Shown: piece after piece, positions 10,501 through 24,658 of the stretch
Numbering within the stretch: the stretch's first letter is position 1
Layout of the letters: each line of letters starts with the position of its first letter
DNA from: Rhizaria sp. SCN 62-66
Taxonomy: Eukaryota
Direction: 5' to 3'
Assembly (NCBI GenBank): GCA_001724265.1
Contig: MEDY01000200.1
Span: 1 to 53,061, forward strand
Length of the DNA stretch: 53,061 bases
The notes under the pieces: model-generated
Seen by the model: only the letters and a program-made list of their open reading frames with translations
Told to the model about the DNA's origin: nothing
The model's database searches: none
Program-made: the position numbers and the translations under genes

Positions 10501-13500
10501 CGAGTGCGGTCAAGAAAGAGGAGCATGCGCGGGAGCTGGAGGGCGGCGGTGGGAACAGGGCGCTCTCGGCCGTGCTGGAGGCCCTCAGGAGGCTGCGGCT
10601 AACGGCGGCCCTCAGCTCTACTACCAGCAGCAGCGGCGGGGGCGGCGGCGGCGGCGGCCTAGACTGGCAGGGCGCCGACTCGACGGCGACCGACGGCGCG
10701 CTCTCGACCGCGGCCGCCGGCAGCGACGGCGCTGGCGCCATGGGCACCATGGGCGCTATGGGCGGCGGCGGCGGCGCTGCCACTGTGAACGTACAGACGG
10801 GCACCGCGCTGCTGCTGGTGCTGGGTCAAACTGCGGCGGCGGCGGCGGCGGCGCCTGTGGTCACTGCGGACATGCACGTGCCGGACCCGGACCGCGAGCA
10901 CCACGCGTCCCGCGAGTCTCGCGGTTGCCGCAACCGTCGTGGTGACGGTGCGAGTGCGTTGCAGCAGCAGCGCCAGCGACAGCGCGGTGCGAAAGCCTCT
11001 CAAGCTGCCAAGGGCAAGTTTGGCAATGCGAGCGCGGGCGCGGGCGCAAGCGCGCAGCTGACTGCGGCTTCAAGTGCCTACACCGCCGCTCCGAGCGCTG
11101 CCGCTGTCGCCAGCGCCGCCGCGGCCAACGCGGGCGTACGGTCTGTGTTGGCCCGGGCGGCGGGGTTCCGGGCCCGCGGCAAGGATCTGTCCGTCGCCGC
11201 CGAGGCCGCAGCCAGGCTCCCGCTCCCGTTGCCGCTGCCGCGGCCGCTGTCTGTGAAACTGCAGACGCAGGCGCAGACGCAGCTGCCGCAGACTGAGTCC
11301 CAGACCGAGTCCTCACTGGTCGACGCGTCTCACCCCAACCCCAGCGACAGCCACAGTCGCCTCGGCATCAACGGCGCCATCGATCCCGACGACGACTCGT
11401 TCGCGGCCCTGGCGGTCGGCCTCTGCGCGCTGCCGCTGGCGCTGGCACACACCAATGCACACACCAACGCGCACTCTAACGCGCACTCGCGCGCGGGCGG
11501 TGTGGGATACTGCAGCAACCGCGACATCGCCGGTGCGCGTAACGGCAATGCATCCGCCAGTGACGACGACGAGGAAGACGAGGACGAAGACGACGGCTCG
11601 CTGCTGCCGCCGCTGGCCCACCTGCTCTACCTCTCGCTGCCGCCGCGGCTGCTGCCCCGGGGCGTGGCGCCAGAGACCGCGCTGCTGGTTGCCAGGGCCC
11701 ACGAGCACCGGCTGCGCGCCGCCGCCGCTGCCGCCGCCGCGGTCGCCGCCGCCGCCTCTGCGGGCAGCGGCAGCAGCGGCAGCGGAGACTGGCTTAGCTA
11801 CAGCGCCAGCGCCAGTGCCAAGGCCATGACAGACCTCAGCGACGCTGGCAAGAGCGGTGCCGGCGCGTGTGCCGTTGCCTCCATGAGCGACGGCGACGGC
11901 GACTCGGGCGACGAAAACGACAGCGACGAAGGCGACGGTGAAGATGACAGTGACGAGACGCGCTGGCGGCTGCTGCTGCAGACCGGCGCCGGCGCCGAGA
12001 TTGACGTCTTGGCCCGAGTGTACACGAAGCCAAGCCGCCCCTTAGCCAGTTTAAGTACCTCCGCCGGACACAGCCACAGCCGGGGCCAGGACCGCGGTCG
12101 CAGCCGCCGCCGCGCCCGGTGGCTGCCGGCGCTACCAGGCTCGCTCTCGGCCTTCGCGCACTGGGCCGCGCTGCCGCACTCACGGCTTTGCTCGCTGGCG
12201 CTGGCGGCGACGGGGCAGCTGTTTGTCGCGCTGCTGCCGCCGCCGCTGCGCCTGCCGCTGCCCGCGCTCGCCCGCTCGGGTCTCCTCGCGCCCGGCGCGC
12301 TGGTGTACACCGCCAACCAGCTCGCCGCCGGCACCCATGGCGCTCATGGGGCCCACGGGACGCACGGGGGGGGCGCGCTGGTGATGAGTTCGGGCAGCAT
12401 CGCCGTCACGCTGCGCTGCGCGCGGCTCTGCCTCGAGGCGCTCGCCCGCGACTTGCTGCCCCTCGCGGCGGCGCCGCTGCAGCCGGCCGCGGGCCCGCTG
12501 CTGGACGCGCTGGTGCGGCACTGCGCGGCCCTGGCGGACCTCGGGAACTCAGGCGCGAGCGTCGGTACTGGTTCCGCCGCGGGCATGTCTGGGCTGGGCG
12601 GCGCGTCGAGTACGGCTGCCGCTGCCGCTGCTGCTGGTGGTGGTGCGGCTGCGAACGTCTCTCTGCCGGGCTGGCTGCGCGAGGCGCGGCGGCAGACGGC
12701 GGGTCTGGCGCTCGAGGTGCTGGCCGTTGTCGCCACTCATGGCAACGCCGCGGTGCGGGGCGCCGTCGAGGCCCTGGTCGCGGGCAAGGCCGAGGCCGCG
12801 GTCGCCTGGGCCAGGGCCGGGGAGCGGAAGAAGGTTCGGGCCGAGGCCAGGGCGAAGGCTCATGCCCAAACGCAGACGCAGGACAAGGCTAAGAAAGCGG
12901 CTGAGACCAAGACCAAGATCAAGCCCGATACTCGTAAGACTGCAGCTACTGAGACTGGAGGCTCTGCGATGAAAGACTCAGACGACGACGACGACGACGC
13001 CAAGGTGATGGCGGCGACTAACAGCGACGGCGGCGTCAAGTCAGAAGCCGCCTCTAGCCGGCAGCCCTCCGCGTGGGAGTCTGCGTCTGCGTCAGAAACG
13101 GCTGCTAACGCAGAGGAAGTCCGCTGTGTGTGTTTGTCTTCGCTGCCGGCGCTGTTGCCGCTGCTCAACTGCCCCGCGCTGCAGTCCGGCGAGCTCTTCC
13201 TCGACTGCGACCGCTGCCACGGCTGGTTCCACGCGCGCTGCGTGGGCTTTACCAGCGAGGCCGCCGTCGAGGCCGCGGGCGTGTGGGTTTGCGACCGCTG
13301 CGCGCTCTCCAGCAACAACAACAGCAGCAACAATAGCGGTAAGACAGCCAAGCACGATCGTGTCGCGCATGATAGCGCCAGTGACGCCAGCGGCGATGGC
13401 GAAGACGACGACGACGACTACGACGACGATGATGATGACGATGATAATGAGGAGGACGACGAGTGCCACCGTGTCTGGCTCGGCCTCGGCTTAGACTCGG

Positions 13501-16500
13501 ACTCTCTGTATGGTCACAGTCAGAGTCGCAGTTGCCGTCGCAAGAGCCACGACGCCAAGTCCATGTCTTATGCCGCTGAAGCGTGGTTTAGCAGCGATCA
13601 TGACAGCGACTCTGACGGTCACGCCGACGCTGAAGCTGAGGCTGAGGCTGCTGGTGAAGATGCCAGCAGCGAGAGCGAGAGCGCAAGTGGCAGTGGCAGC
13701 GGCAGCGACGATGGTGTCGGTTTGACTGCCAAGGCCAAGGCTGCCCGCGCCAAGGCCAAGGCTAAAGCCAAGGCCGACAAGGCCAAGGCTAAGGCCAAGG
13801 CCAAGGCTGACAAGGCCAAGGAGAAGTCCAAGCTGGCTCAGGACAAGGCAAAGGCTGAGGCTGCCGCCAAATCTGCCGCCGCTGCTGTCGCCAAGGCTAA
13901 GTCTCGGTCTCAGGTGACTGTGAGCAGGGTTAATCGCCCCCCGTCTCCCACATACTGCGACGTTGACGCTGTCAGTGACAACGACAATGACGGCGACAGC
14001 GACGCTGCTGATGCTGATGCTGGCCCTGTGTCGCACCCGCGGTCGCGGCGGCAGCAGCAGGAGCAGGAACGGCAGCAGCAGCAGCGGCGACGACAGCTGT
14101 TGCTGCCCCCGGTGCTCGGCAAGCTCACTGCCGCGCGCTCGCTGCTGGCTCGCTTCCTCAGCCCCCCCTGCACGGCCGCCGCCTCGTTAGACTCCTCCGC
14201 CGCGGACGCCAGTGCCGCCGCCGGCTCCGCCGACCAGTTCGGCCACGGCCCCGGCGGCGGCGTTGCGGCAGAGGCCGAAGCGGGTCACTGCGCGCGCGCG
14301 CTGGCCATTGCGAGCTGGGGCGCGGGCGCGGTGCAGCCGGTCGCCTACCGGGCCCCGCTCCAGCAGCAGCAGGCGCAGCAGCCGCAGTTGCCGTCGGTCA
14401 CTGGCGCGACGCCGACGGCCTCACGCTCCCGCGCGCGCTACAGCCACGGAGGCTATCACTCCGACTCCAGCTCTGGCTCGAGCGCACAGTCGCAGGCCCC
14501 GCAGCCTTCGCAGACGCAGTCGACGTCGCTGTGGGCCCCCTGGGAGGCGGCGGCTCTTCGGGGCTACGACCGGCGCCTCGAGGCGGCGCACCGCGCGCTG
14601 GTGCGGCACGCGCTCACGGTCACCGGGCTGCTCACGGTCACTCAGACGCCGAGGCAGCGCAAGGGCGAGGGCGAAGGCAAGAGTGACGGTCAGAGCGGCG
14701 GTGCGGAGACGGCTGGGAAGACTTCTGCGAAGAACACCAAGACCAAGACCCCCTCAAAGGCCCAGGCCGCCGCCGCCTTCCCCCGCACCCGCCCCCGCCA
14801 TAGTAGCGGCCGGCGCGGCGTGCTGGTGCTGCGCGCGCGCGACGTGGCCCGCGCGTTGTCACTGCTGCCGCTGCCCGCGGCCGCCCGCTTCGCCGTCGTC
14901 TCAGCTTTCTCGGCCCGCGCGGCCTGGGCGCCCGGACCCGCTGCGGCGCCGCACCCGGTGCTGGCCGCCGCGCTGCCGCCGCTCGCGCTCGCCGCGGCCG
15001 CGGCGGCCGGCGTCGCGGCGGCCGAGGCCGCGGCGGCCGCGGCGGAAGCCCACGCCAACGTATGTGCCGCCTTCGCGCGCGCACTCGCTGACAGGCGGGC
15101 CTTCGCGGCGGCCCAGAGCGAGAAGAACGCGCTCGCGCTCGGTCTCGGCGCCAGCGCCGGCGCAATCTCCTACAGCGCCGATTCGAGTCGCTCTCTCGCC
15201 CCCGCCCGCCTGAGCTCCGGCGCTGCGAGCGTGGACCACCTCCCCCCCGCGCCGGTGCGCGCCGGCGGGGCGGGCGAGGCGTCTGTGTCCGTGCAGTTCC
15301 GCGCCCGGCAGCGCGCTGTCCGCGTGTCCGCCCCCGCGGCGCTGCGTCTGGCCCGCCTGGCGCTGGCGCTGTCAGCCGAGGCGGCGGAGGCGCTGCGGGC
15401 GAGCGGCACGGCTTTCGACGCGCTCTACCACAATAGCGAGACCCATCACACGCACGCTCTCGCCAGCGCCGGCGCCGGTGCGAACAATGAGGACGATAAT
15501 GACGACGACGACGACTCCAGCAAGATTTTCCACTGCGACACCAGCAGCGGCGCCGCCAACAACGCTGCCGCCGCCGCCGCTGCCGCCGCCGCCGCCGCCG
15601 GACGGCTGTACTCGTCGCGGCCGGCCGTGTTCCTGCCCCCGCTGGCGGCGCTGCTGCGGCTGCTGCGCGCGCTGCCCGCCACGGGCGCCGCGGGCCGCGC
15701 GCGCCTGCTTAAGGCCGCGCACTCGCTCCTGCTCTCTACAGCCCCCGCCAACAACAACAGTAGCAGCAGCAGCGGCGGCGGCGGCGGCGCTGTAACTGTC
15801 GCTGCGAGTGCGAGCGCGGTCTGGGGCGGGTTGCTGGCGCATCGCGGCGTGCGCGCCGCCCTGCTGCAGTGCACCCGGGACCCCGCGCCCTCGGCCCGCG
15901 AGGCCGCGCTCGAGGTTGTGGCGCGCATGCTGCTGCCGCTGGCCAACAACTACGCGGCGGCCACCGCGGCAGCAGCAGCGGCGGCGGCAGCGGCGGCTGA
16001 CGACGGCAGGAGTGCTGTTGCTGCTTCTGCGGCGGCGACGGCAGCGGCGGTGGCGCGCGAGGCCGCCGCCGAGGCCGAGGCGTGCCTGGGCGAAGTCCTG
16101 GCCCGGCTGGGAGACAGCTCGGTGCTGGTCAGGCGGCGGTCCGCAAAGGCCGCCGCGGGCACTCTGCTCGCGGCCATCGCCGTCGCTAATAGCGGCTACA
16201 GCAACAGCGCTGGCGGTGGTCTAAGCGCGACGGGCGGGGGCTCGGGGGGCATTGTAAGGGTGACCATCCCCTTACCGCCGCCTGTAAGTACCCCGCCCGC
16301 GCCCACCGCCGGCAGTCTAAGCGCCCCCGCCCCGAATGTAAGCCGCACCGCGACGGTGCTGCTGCGCGCCACGGGCGCCGCCGTGCTGGTGCCCGAGCTG
16401 GCCGCGCTGGCCGCCGCCGCCGCCGCCACGGCCGCCGCGGGCGCCCACAGCGGGCACGGCCTCGGCCTCGGCCACGGCGACAGCGACGGCGACGGCGAGG

Positions 16501-19500
16501 CTGAGCAGCTGGGCGCCGCGGCCGTGGAAGTGCTGTGGCGCGCGCGGCTGGGACTGCCGACGGCGCTCGCGGCCGCTGCAGAGGCCGAGGCCGAGACTGG
16601 GGCAGCGACGGAAGTCAAGCCGGAGCAAAGCGGCGCGAGGACGAGCTCCCACGCCAAGCCCAAGCCCGAAAACTCTCGCCAGGCGCAGTCCCAGTCCCTC
16701 AGCTCCGCGCCCGCTGCGACGGCGACGACGAGCGGCCGAGAGGGCTCCACGGTGCTGCAGGTGGCGCCGTTGCTCTGTCTGCAGCTGGGCGACGGCGACG
16801 CCGGCGTCCGCGCCGCCGCCGCCGGCGCGCTGGCCGCGCTGTGGTTCCCCTGGGCCACCGTCGCGCGCGTCGCCGACTCGAGCAACAGCAGCAGCGGCGG
16901 CGGCGGCAGCGGGGGCGGGGCCGACGGCGGGGGCGGGGCTGACACCGATAGTGACAGCGACGGCGACGGCGGCGGCGGCGATGAAGGCGAGGACGAGGAC
17001 GATCTGGCGCTGCTGAGGCGGGTCAAGCGCTACAACAGGAGCGTGCGCAGCCGCGTCGTTAGCCATAGCCCAACCGACGGCAATGGCGATGGCGGCAGTG
17101 ACAGTGACACTGAGCAGCAACGCCAGCAGCAGCAGCTGCAGCAGCAGTCTCAGTTGTCGCAGCCGCTGTCCCTGTCCCAGATCTCGGTGCTCTCGCAGCA
17201 GCAGCCCCAGTTTCAGTCTCAGTCTCAGTCTACGAGCAGCAGCAACGCCCAGCACCAGCTACCCTGGTACTGGGGGCCCGTCATCGCCACAGCCACCGGC
17301 GGCGCCCACAGCGGCCACCTCGGCCCCAGCGGCCCCGGCGGCCCCACCGGTCCGCGCTCTGCTCCGCGCTCGGTGCTGGCGCTGCCGCCTGCGGCGCGCG
17401 TGTTGCGCTGCCTGTCGGCCGCCGTGGCCGCCCGGGACGGCCGCGCCGCGCTGGCCCTGCTCGCGCTGCTGCCGCCGCTGCCCGACGCCGGCGCCAGCGC
17501 CAGCGCCAGTGGCGCGGGCGTGGGGGCGCAGGCGCAGAAGCTGGCGCGGGCGCGGGCGCTGGCGGCGTACTCCGCCATGCCCGCTGTGGTGCTCTCGGTC
17601 GCCGTCACTACGACAACGACGACGACGACGACGGCGACGATGCGGATGGCTGATGCGGCGGTGGCGGCGGCTGACGCTGACGACGACATGCTCTCTCCCA
17701 GTAGAGCCACTTCGACAACAACGATGACGACGACGACATCCCAGCAGCAGCAGCAGCAGGGGCAGCCGCTGATGTGGTGCCTGCTGCCGGTCTCCCACTC
17801 GCAGTCGCCGCCGCTGTCCGTCCGCCGGTCGGCCCACTCCAGCCCTCCCGGCAGCGGCAGCAGCAGCAGCAGCAACGGCGCTAGCGGCAGTGCAAGTGCG
17901 AGTGCAAGCGCCGCCGGCGTGTTCGGCTACAGCAAGCACGGCGTGCTTCTGGCCGCGCTGGCGCGGGCTACCGGCGGTCTAAGTGCCGGCCCGGGCGGTG
18001 TAAGGGGCTTGCGCGTGCCCAGCGCGGCTGACCCAGCGCTGAGGGCGCTGCTCAGCGCGCGCCACGGTGCCGCCAGGGCCGACCATCTGCTCGCGCTCAA
18101 CCGGGGAGGCGGCGCCGACGACAGTGTTCGGGCCAGGCACAGCGCTAGCGCCAGCGCCAGCGCCAGTGTCAGCGCTCATGCCAGTGCTAGTGGTGGTGGT
18201 GACGGTGAGCTAGAGCAGTTCCTGGACAAGTTCGGCGACTTGCTCTTTGCCAGTGACCCTGAGCAACCCCAGTCTCCCTCAGACTCCAGCTCTAGCGCTG
18301 CTGCTGCTTCTGTCACGGCGACTACGGGCCGTGTCCCCTTCACCCGCGCCTTCCTCTCGCTGACCCGCTCCCTGGCGCTCACGGCCCAGGCCCTGGCCGC
18401 CACCCCGGCCTCAGCCTACAGCAACAGCGCCAGCAGCGGCGGCGGCAGCGGCGGCGGCGGCGGCGGCGGCGGCGGCGTCCTCGCGGGCTCGGCCCTGGGC
18501 GCGGCACTGAGCACCGCCGCCGCCGCAGGCCCCGGCTCCGGCGGCTCCGGCGGCGGCGCTGGTCTGGCGGGCGCGCTGCCCGCCCTCGCCGACCTGCTGC
18601 GGCTGGTCTTGGCCACGGACGCCGCCACCGTGCCCGCGACGCTACTGGCCGCGCTCAACAGCGCTGCGACCGCCGGCGCCGGCTCTGGCTCTAGCTCTAG
18701 CAGCGGCAGTGGCTCCAGCGCAGGCGCGGGCGCGAGCGCCGACGTGGACGACGGCGACGACTGGGGTTGGGCCACCAACAACGCGGCCAGCGCGGGCGGC
18801 GCCAGCAGCAGCGCTGGTGCTGGCTCTAGCGCTTATGCCGCGGGCAGCGGCGCGACGGGGTACTTAGACTTCTCTGCGGGGTACTTAGACGACTCATCGT
18901 CATCCTCGTCAGCGCAACAGCAGCAACAGCAACAGCAGCAGCAGCAGCAGCAGCGCCGGCGCCGGCAGCAGCTGCGCCTCGGCGCGCGCAGCTACTGCGA
19001 AGACCTCGCCGAGGCGCTGATGCTGCTGCTAGCCGCCACCCGCGGCCGCGCGGGCGCGGCGGCCCACGAGGCCGGCCGCCGCCGCGCCGCCGCCGCCAGG
19101 ACACACGCGCGCGCGCTGCTGCGCCGCCGCACCGCCGCGGGGGGCCAGAGTCTGCCGCCGCTGCCGCTGCCGGCGGCGCTGGTGCAGTCGCAGGCCGACG
19201 CCGAGGCCGCCGCGGCCGCCACTGCGCTCGGGCCCCCCGGTCAGCAGTGGTTCCAGTGCCTGCCGGGCCGCCGTCCCGCCCCTGGCCCCGCGCCCGCGGC
19301 GTACCTCCTCGTGGCCGCGGTCATCGCGGCGGTGGCGCCAGCGCTGCTGGCGCCGCACCTGCCGGCCCTCGCAGCGCACTTGGTCGCCGGCGGGAATGTG
19401 AGTCCCCCCGCGGACGGCGGCGGCAGCGGTAGCGCCGCCCCAGCGGACGCCACTCAGCCCCAGTCTGACAGCGCCAGCGCCAGTGTGAACGCCAGCATGA

Positions 19501-22500
19501 ACGCGACGCTGGTGGCGGGCGTAGTCCTGCGGGTGCTGCCCCACTGCGCCGCGCTGCACGGCTCGCCGCAGCTGCACGCGCTGCGCGAAGGGCTGCTGAG
19601 GCTGGTGCTCGCGCCACGCCTTGGCAGCCTCGAGGCGCAGCTGGGCGCGGCCGTGCCCTGCCTTGCCGCGGCGGCCGTGACGGCGCTGGCACAGTGCCCG
19701 GCGGTGGCGGCGCCAGAGGCGGCCGCAGCGGCAGTAGAGCAGTACGTCTCCTCACGACAAAAAAGAACAAAGATAGTGGACAAATGTTGTATCGTGTATA
19801 TTTTGGCATATTTTATGTTATACTCTATCATTTCTTGATAACTCACTTATATTTTTTATTGTTCTTTACCCTCTTTTTGTTCTGCTATCTCAGAATCCTC
19901 GGCTCCCACACGCAGTCACAACAAGACGCCTCTTCTGCGACTGGCTCGCCCGCGACGGCGAGCGTGACTGCGGGCGACGGCGCTGCTGCCGAGGCGGCGG
20001 CGCCTGACGACAGCGACGCGCCGTCCTCTGCGGCGGCGACGGCCGTGGCGGCACGCGCCGTGGCCTGCAGCGGCGGCGGCGTCGGCGAGTGCCCGGACTG
20101 CCGTGAGGGCCTCGCGAAGCTCTGGTGTCTGCTCACGCTCTTCGTCGCGCGCCTGCGCGAACTCGCCCCTGTGCTATACCTCGTCCCCACCGCCATGCAG
20201 CAGCAGCAGCAGCAGCAGCAGCAGCGTCGGTGGATGACCGCGCCCTCCGCGGGCGCGCTGGCGGGCGCGACGACCCACGCGCTGCTCGCATTGGCGGCCC
20301 TGCTGCAGGCGCTCGACCTGGACGGGCTGTCGCGGCTCTACCAGCTGCCGCCGCTGCCGCTGCCGCCGACGGGCCTTCCCGCCGCGCCCGCCGCCGCCAC
20401 TGCGCCCGGCGCGCTGCTGCCGCCGCCGACGCTGCTGCCGCCCGCCGCCGCCGCGCTGCCCTACGCCGCGCTCCGGCCCGCGCCCGCCGCCGCCCTCGCG
20501 CTGGTGCGCCTGCGCCGGAGTCTGCCGGTGTCGTACGCGCTCTTCGAGCTCGCGAGGTACGCCGCAGATTTAGGGGCATATGCACGATTACGCTTAAATG
20601 GGAAATTTTATTCATTATTTATGTGTAAATATCTTATTTATATTCATTTGTATGATTATATTCTACTAACCTCACATATGCGCGATATATCCCCTCTTTT
20701 GTTATTTTCCCTCTCTCGCCACGCAGGGCGCACTACTGCAAGCGCGCGGCTCCCGTGCCTGTCCGCGCCGCCGCGCTGCGGCTGGCCCTGGCCGCCTTTG
20801 CGCGCGCGCCCGCGCTCATGGCTGTGACCGTGGGCGCGGACATCCTGGCGCACGCACTCGCCCCGCCCCCGCCGCCGCTGCCGCCCGCGCCCGCGCCCGC
20901 GCCCACGGCGCCGCACGGTCACGGCCACACTCACGGTGGTGGCGGTGCGAGCGGGATTGTGACGGTTCTGGCGGCGGCGACGGCGGCGCAGCAGCGGCGC
21001 GCGGGCGACGCGGCGCGCGCGCAGGCTTCGGCCTTGGCGGCCGTGGCGGCCTTCGCAGCGGGTGAGGACGACGCCGTGCTCCGCAGGCAGGCCGCCGCGA
21101 GGTACGTACTTTGGCGAGATATGCGCGCGCGATGAGTTAATTTTGCGTACTGTATCTTTGCTGTTTCTGTTATCTAATAATTGTGTGTTGTTTTATGTTT
21201 CAATGACGTTTTTGTCTTCTAACTATCGATCATCATCTTTCTTTATCTTGTTTTCACTCGACTACGCCACTCTCTAGGGCCCGCGACCGCGCCCTCGCCC
21301 GCGCCCGCGCCTCGGTCGCCGCCCGGCTGCGGCTCTCCGACCCCGCCGCCGCCGCCGTCGCCGCCGCGGCCGGCGTCTTGCCCCGGCCCTCAGTGTCGTA
21401 CGCGGGCTCCAACGCCTCCAACGCCAATGCGTCAGCCTCTCTCTTGCCCAGCTCCACGGCCTCGATCGAGCTCATCGACGACGACGGCGACGACGACGAC
21501 GACTTCAGCGGCGGCGGGGCCGGCGGCGGCGTCAGCGGCAGCCTGCTGGCCGTGGCCGTGGCGAGGGTCGAGAAGGAGGTGGCCGCCGCTCTGCTTGCCG
21601 CCCACAACAACGCCCTCGCTCCTGCTGCTGCTGCTGCTGCTGATGGCGACAAGGCCCTTATGACTGACGACGACGGTGAGAGCGGCAGCAGCAGCGCCAG
21701 CGCCACCGCTAGCAGCGGCAGGCTCCGTCTCACCGACGACAAGGACAGCGAGGGCGCCGCCCCCGCCTCCCTTCTATGCGACAACGCAGACTACAACGCT
21801 CCCGGCGGCGACGGCGACGACGACGACGACGCCGACTCTGCCTTTGCCGCCCGCGCGGCGTCTGCGTCCGCGGCCTCTGCCGCCGCCTCCGAGAGCGGGC
21901 GATGGCTCCGCAGCGGCCCTGCGCAGGTGAGCGACCACCTCCCGCTGCTGGCGCTGCGCCATGACCGCGCGCTGGCCTCTGCCGCGGCCACGGGGCCCTT
22001 GCCCGTGCGGCTGCCCGCGCTGCGCCTGCTGCTGCAGCTCTGCCGCCAGGGCCTGGTCCCGCCCGCCGCCGCCGCCGCCGCCGCGCTCGCCGCCACCTCG
22101 GACCGCGGCCTCGGCACTAGCATCACCAGCAGCGGCAGCGGCGGCAGCATCAGCGTCAGCGGCGGCGGTGGGGGACTGGCCAATGTTGCGCTCGACTACG
22201 TCGTCTCGGCCATCGACCCCTCGGTCGCCTCGGCCGCGGCGCTCGCGGCGTCCCTGGCCTCGGCCTCCGCCTCTGCCGGTACCGGCTCTGGCGCCGGCGC
22301 TGGCACTGGCACCGCTGCTGCGGCGGCGGGCGGCGGCGGCAAGGGGCGGATCGCCATGCGCTTGCTCCCAGCGCTGGCCGCCGCGTTTGTGGTCCAAGAG
22401 GAGTCCTACGGTCCCGCCGGCGCCGCCGCCGCCGCCTTAGCCGCCGCCGCTGCTGCTAGTTCCAGCTCCAGCGCCAGCTCCATCGCTGGCTCTAGCTCTA

Positions 22501-24625
22501 CCGCGGTAGCGATCGGCCTGTCCGCGGCTGCCGCGGCGGCGGCGGGCGCATCGCTTTCTCTGGCCGCAGTCGCCGCCGCCGTCGCCGCCGCAGCCAACTG
22601 CTCTAGCAGCTGCAACAGCATCACTGGCGCTGGCGCTGGCGCTGGGTTGGCCCTGTTGGCGACGAGGACGGTTCCGGCCTCTCCCAGCCGCGGCCGCCTC
22701 CTCCGCAGCCCCGGCTCAGGCTCAGGCGTCCTGCTCCTGGGCTCGCAGTCGCCCCGCAAGGCCGCCTCAAACGCCGCCGCTGCAACTGGGACGGCGATGA
22801 GAGACGTGGTTGCCGCGAGGGCCTCCGCCAGGGCCGCCGCGAGGGCCGCCGTCAGGGCGTGGCCAGCCCCGCACCGTGCCGCCGCCCGCGCCGCCGCGCG
22901 CGCTCTCAGCGGCCACAACAGCGGTGCCCGTGGCGATGCGGCTACGACCGCGGGTGCGGGTGCGAGCGCCGGTGATGTGGCGTTGGCGCTGTCGCTGAGT
23001 GTGCTCACGGGCGCGCTGGGCGCCGGCTACTTACTGCCACCGGTGCCCAGCAGCAACAGCAACAGCGGCAACAGCCCCGCCGCCGCCGCTGCTGCAGCCG
23101 CCGCCGCGGGCGACGACGGCAGCAGCACCGCTCTGCTCCCGTCGCCGACCGCGGTCACAGTCTCGCTCAACAATATCGCTGGCGCTGGCGCTGGCACTGG
23201 CAGTGTCCCCCCGGTGACCGTGACGATGGGCGCGGGCGCACTGGTCCCGGTCGGCGCCGCGCAGGCCGCCGGGGCAGGCCTCTTCGCCGCCTCCTTCCCC
23301 GCCGCCCTCGGCGCCGCACCCTGGCTTGTCCCCGCCGCCGCGGCCACGGCTGCGGGCAGTAGCGGCGGCAGCGGCGGCGGCGATGGGGGCGTTGCTGGCG
23401 TCGTGGCGGCGCCTGCCGCCGCCTTCGGCTTCGTCCACTGCGATCCCCACCAGGCCCCCCGGTCCGGCGTAGCCGGCATGAGCGACATGGGCGACGGTGG
23501 CGACGCCAGCGCGGTCGCCGTCGCGAGCGCTGCGCCAGTCGTGCACTGGTTTTGCCCGCTGTGGTCGCCGGCCGCCCCCGCACCCGCGGCCGCCGCGGCG
23601 ATGCTGTGGCGGACGCGGGCGCAGTTCGCCGCCGCGCTGTCGGCCCTGCTCCGGCTCGGCGACGGCAGCAACAGCAGCAACCTCAGCAGTCTCGGCGGCC
23701 TAGCCGACGGGGCGAGTCGCGGCGGCCGCGCGAGTCACGGTGCTGCCATGAGCAGCTCTGGCGCAAACAAGAAGGTGGCGTCGTCGTCATCCCGTCTGCT
23801 CGCAAGCTCCGACTCGAGCTTTAGCTCAAGCTCTGGCTCTGGCTCCAGCGCTGCCCCTGCTCTGCTGTGGGAGCGCTTGCCCCCCGCAGCCCGCGCGGCG
23901 GCGGCTCTCGTGTCGTCCGCCGCCGCCGCGCCAGTGACCGCTGCCGCCGCCGACGCCTTCCTCAGCCTCTGTGACGGCGGCGACGTCCCTTCATACAGCT
24001 ACAACGCCGCGACTGCGACTGCACTGGCCGCGCCCTCGCTGCCGGCCCTGCTGCCGGAGCCCGCCGCGGCCGCCGTGGCCGCCGCCGCGCGCGGCGCGTT
24101 GTCGGGCGCGCCGCTCTTGGGGCTGGCGGCGGCCTACGCGCTGGCCGTGGGGCCGCTGGCGGGGCTGCGCGCGGCGGCCGCGGCGGCGGCGCAGCGGACC
24201 TTCTGTGGCAGCGTTGTCGGCGAGACGCTCGGCGCGGCGGCGGCGGTGGCGCCCGTCACGGACGCCGTCGCAGCGCTGCGCTACGCCGTCACCGCCGTCA
24301 CCGCCGCACACAGTCACGCCCACGGTCGCACTGGCGCTGGCGCTGGCTCTGGCGTGAACGCGGGCGTGGCTGCCGCAGTGGCGGCGGTGCTGCTGGCCCA
24401 TCCCCTCGTGTTCCGCAACTGCACCGACGTCAACGTCGAGAGCGAGGATGGCTACGGGAGTCCCCACACTGCTGACTCGTCGTCATCGCTGTGCTATGTG
24501 CCGCTGACGACGACGATTGACTTCGCCGCCACGGCCGCCGCACGCGCTAACAGTGCCCGCACGCGCGCTCGCGGCCACAGTCACCGCGTTCACCGCAACC
24601 ACAGCCGCCTCAGTGACAGCGACGA

Positions 24626-24658
<33 letters not shown>

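Noticed and set aside
8519-10804. Long antisense and alternate-frame ORFs (e.g. 761 aa here; 24483-25802; many 100-400 aa)
   Set aside because: Shadows of GC-rich, GCN-repeat coding sequence with few stops; no motifs or splice support.
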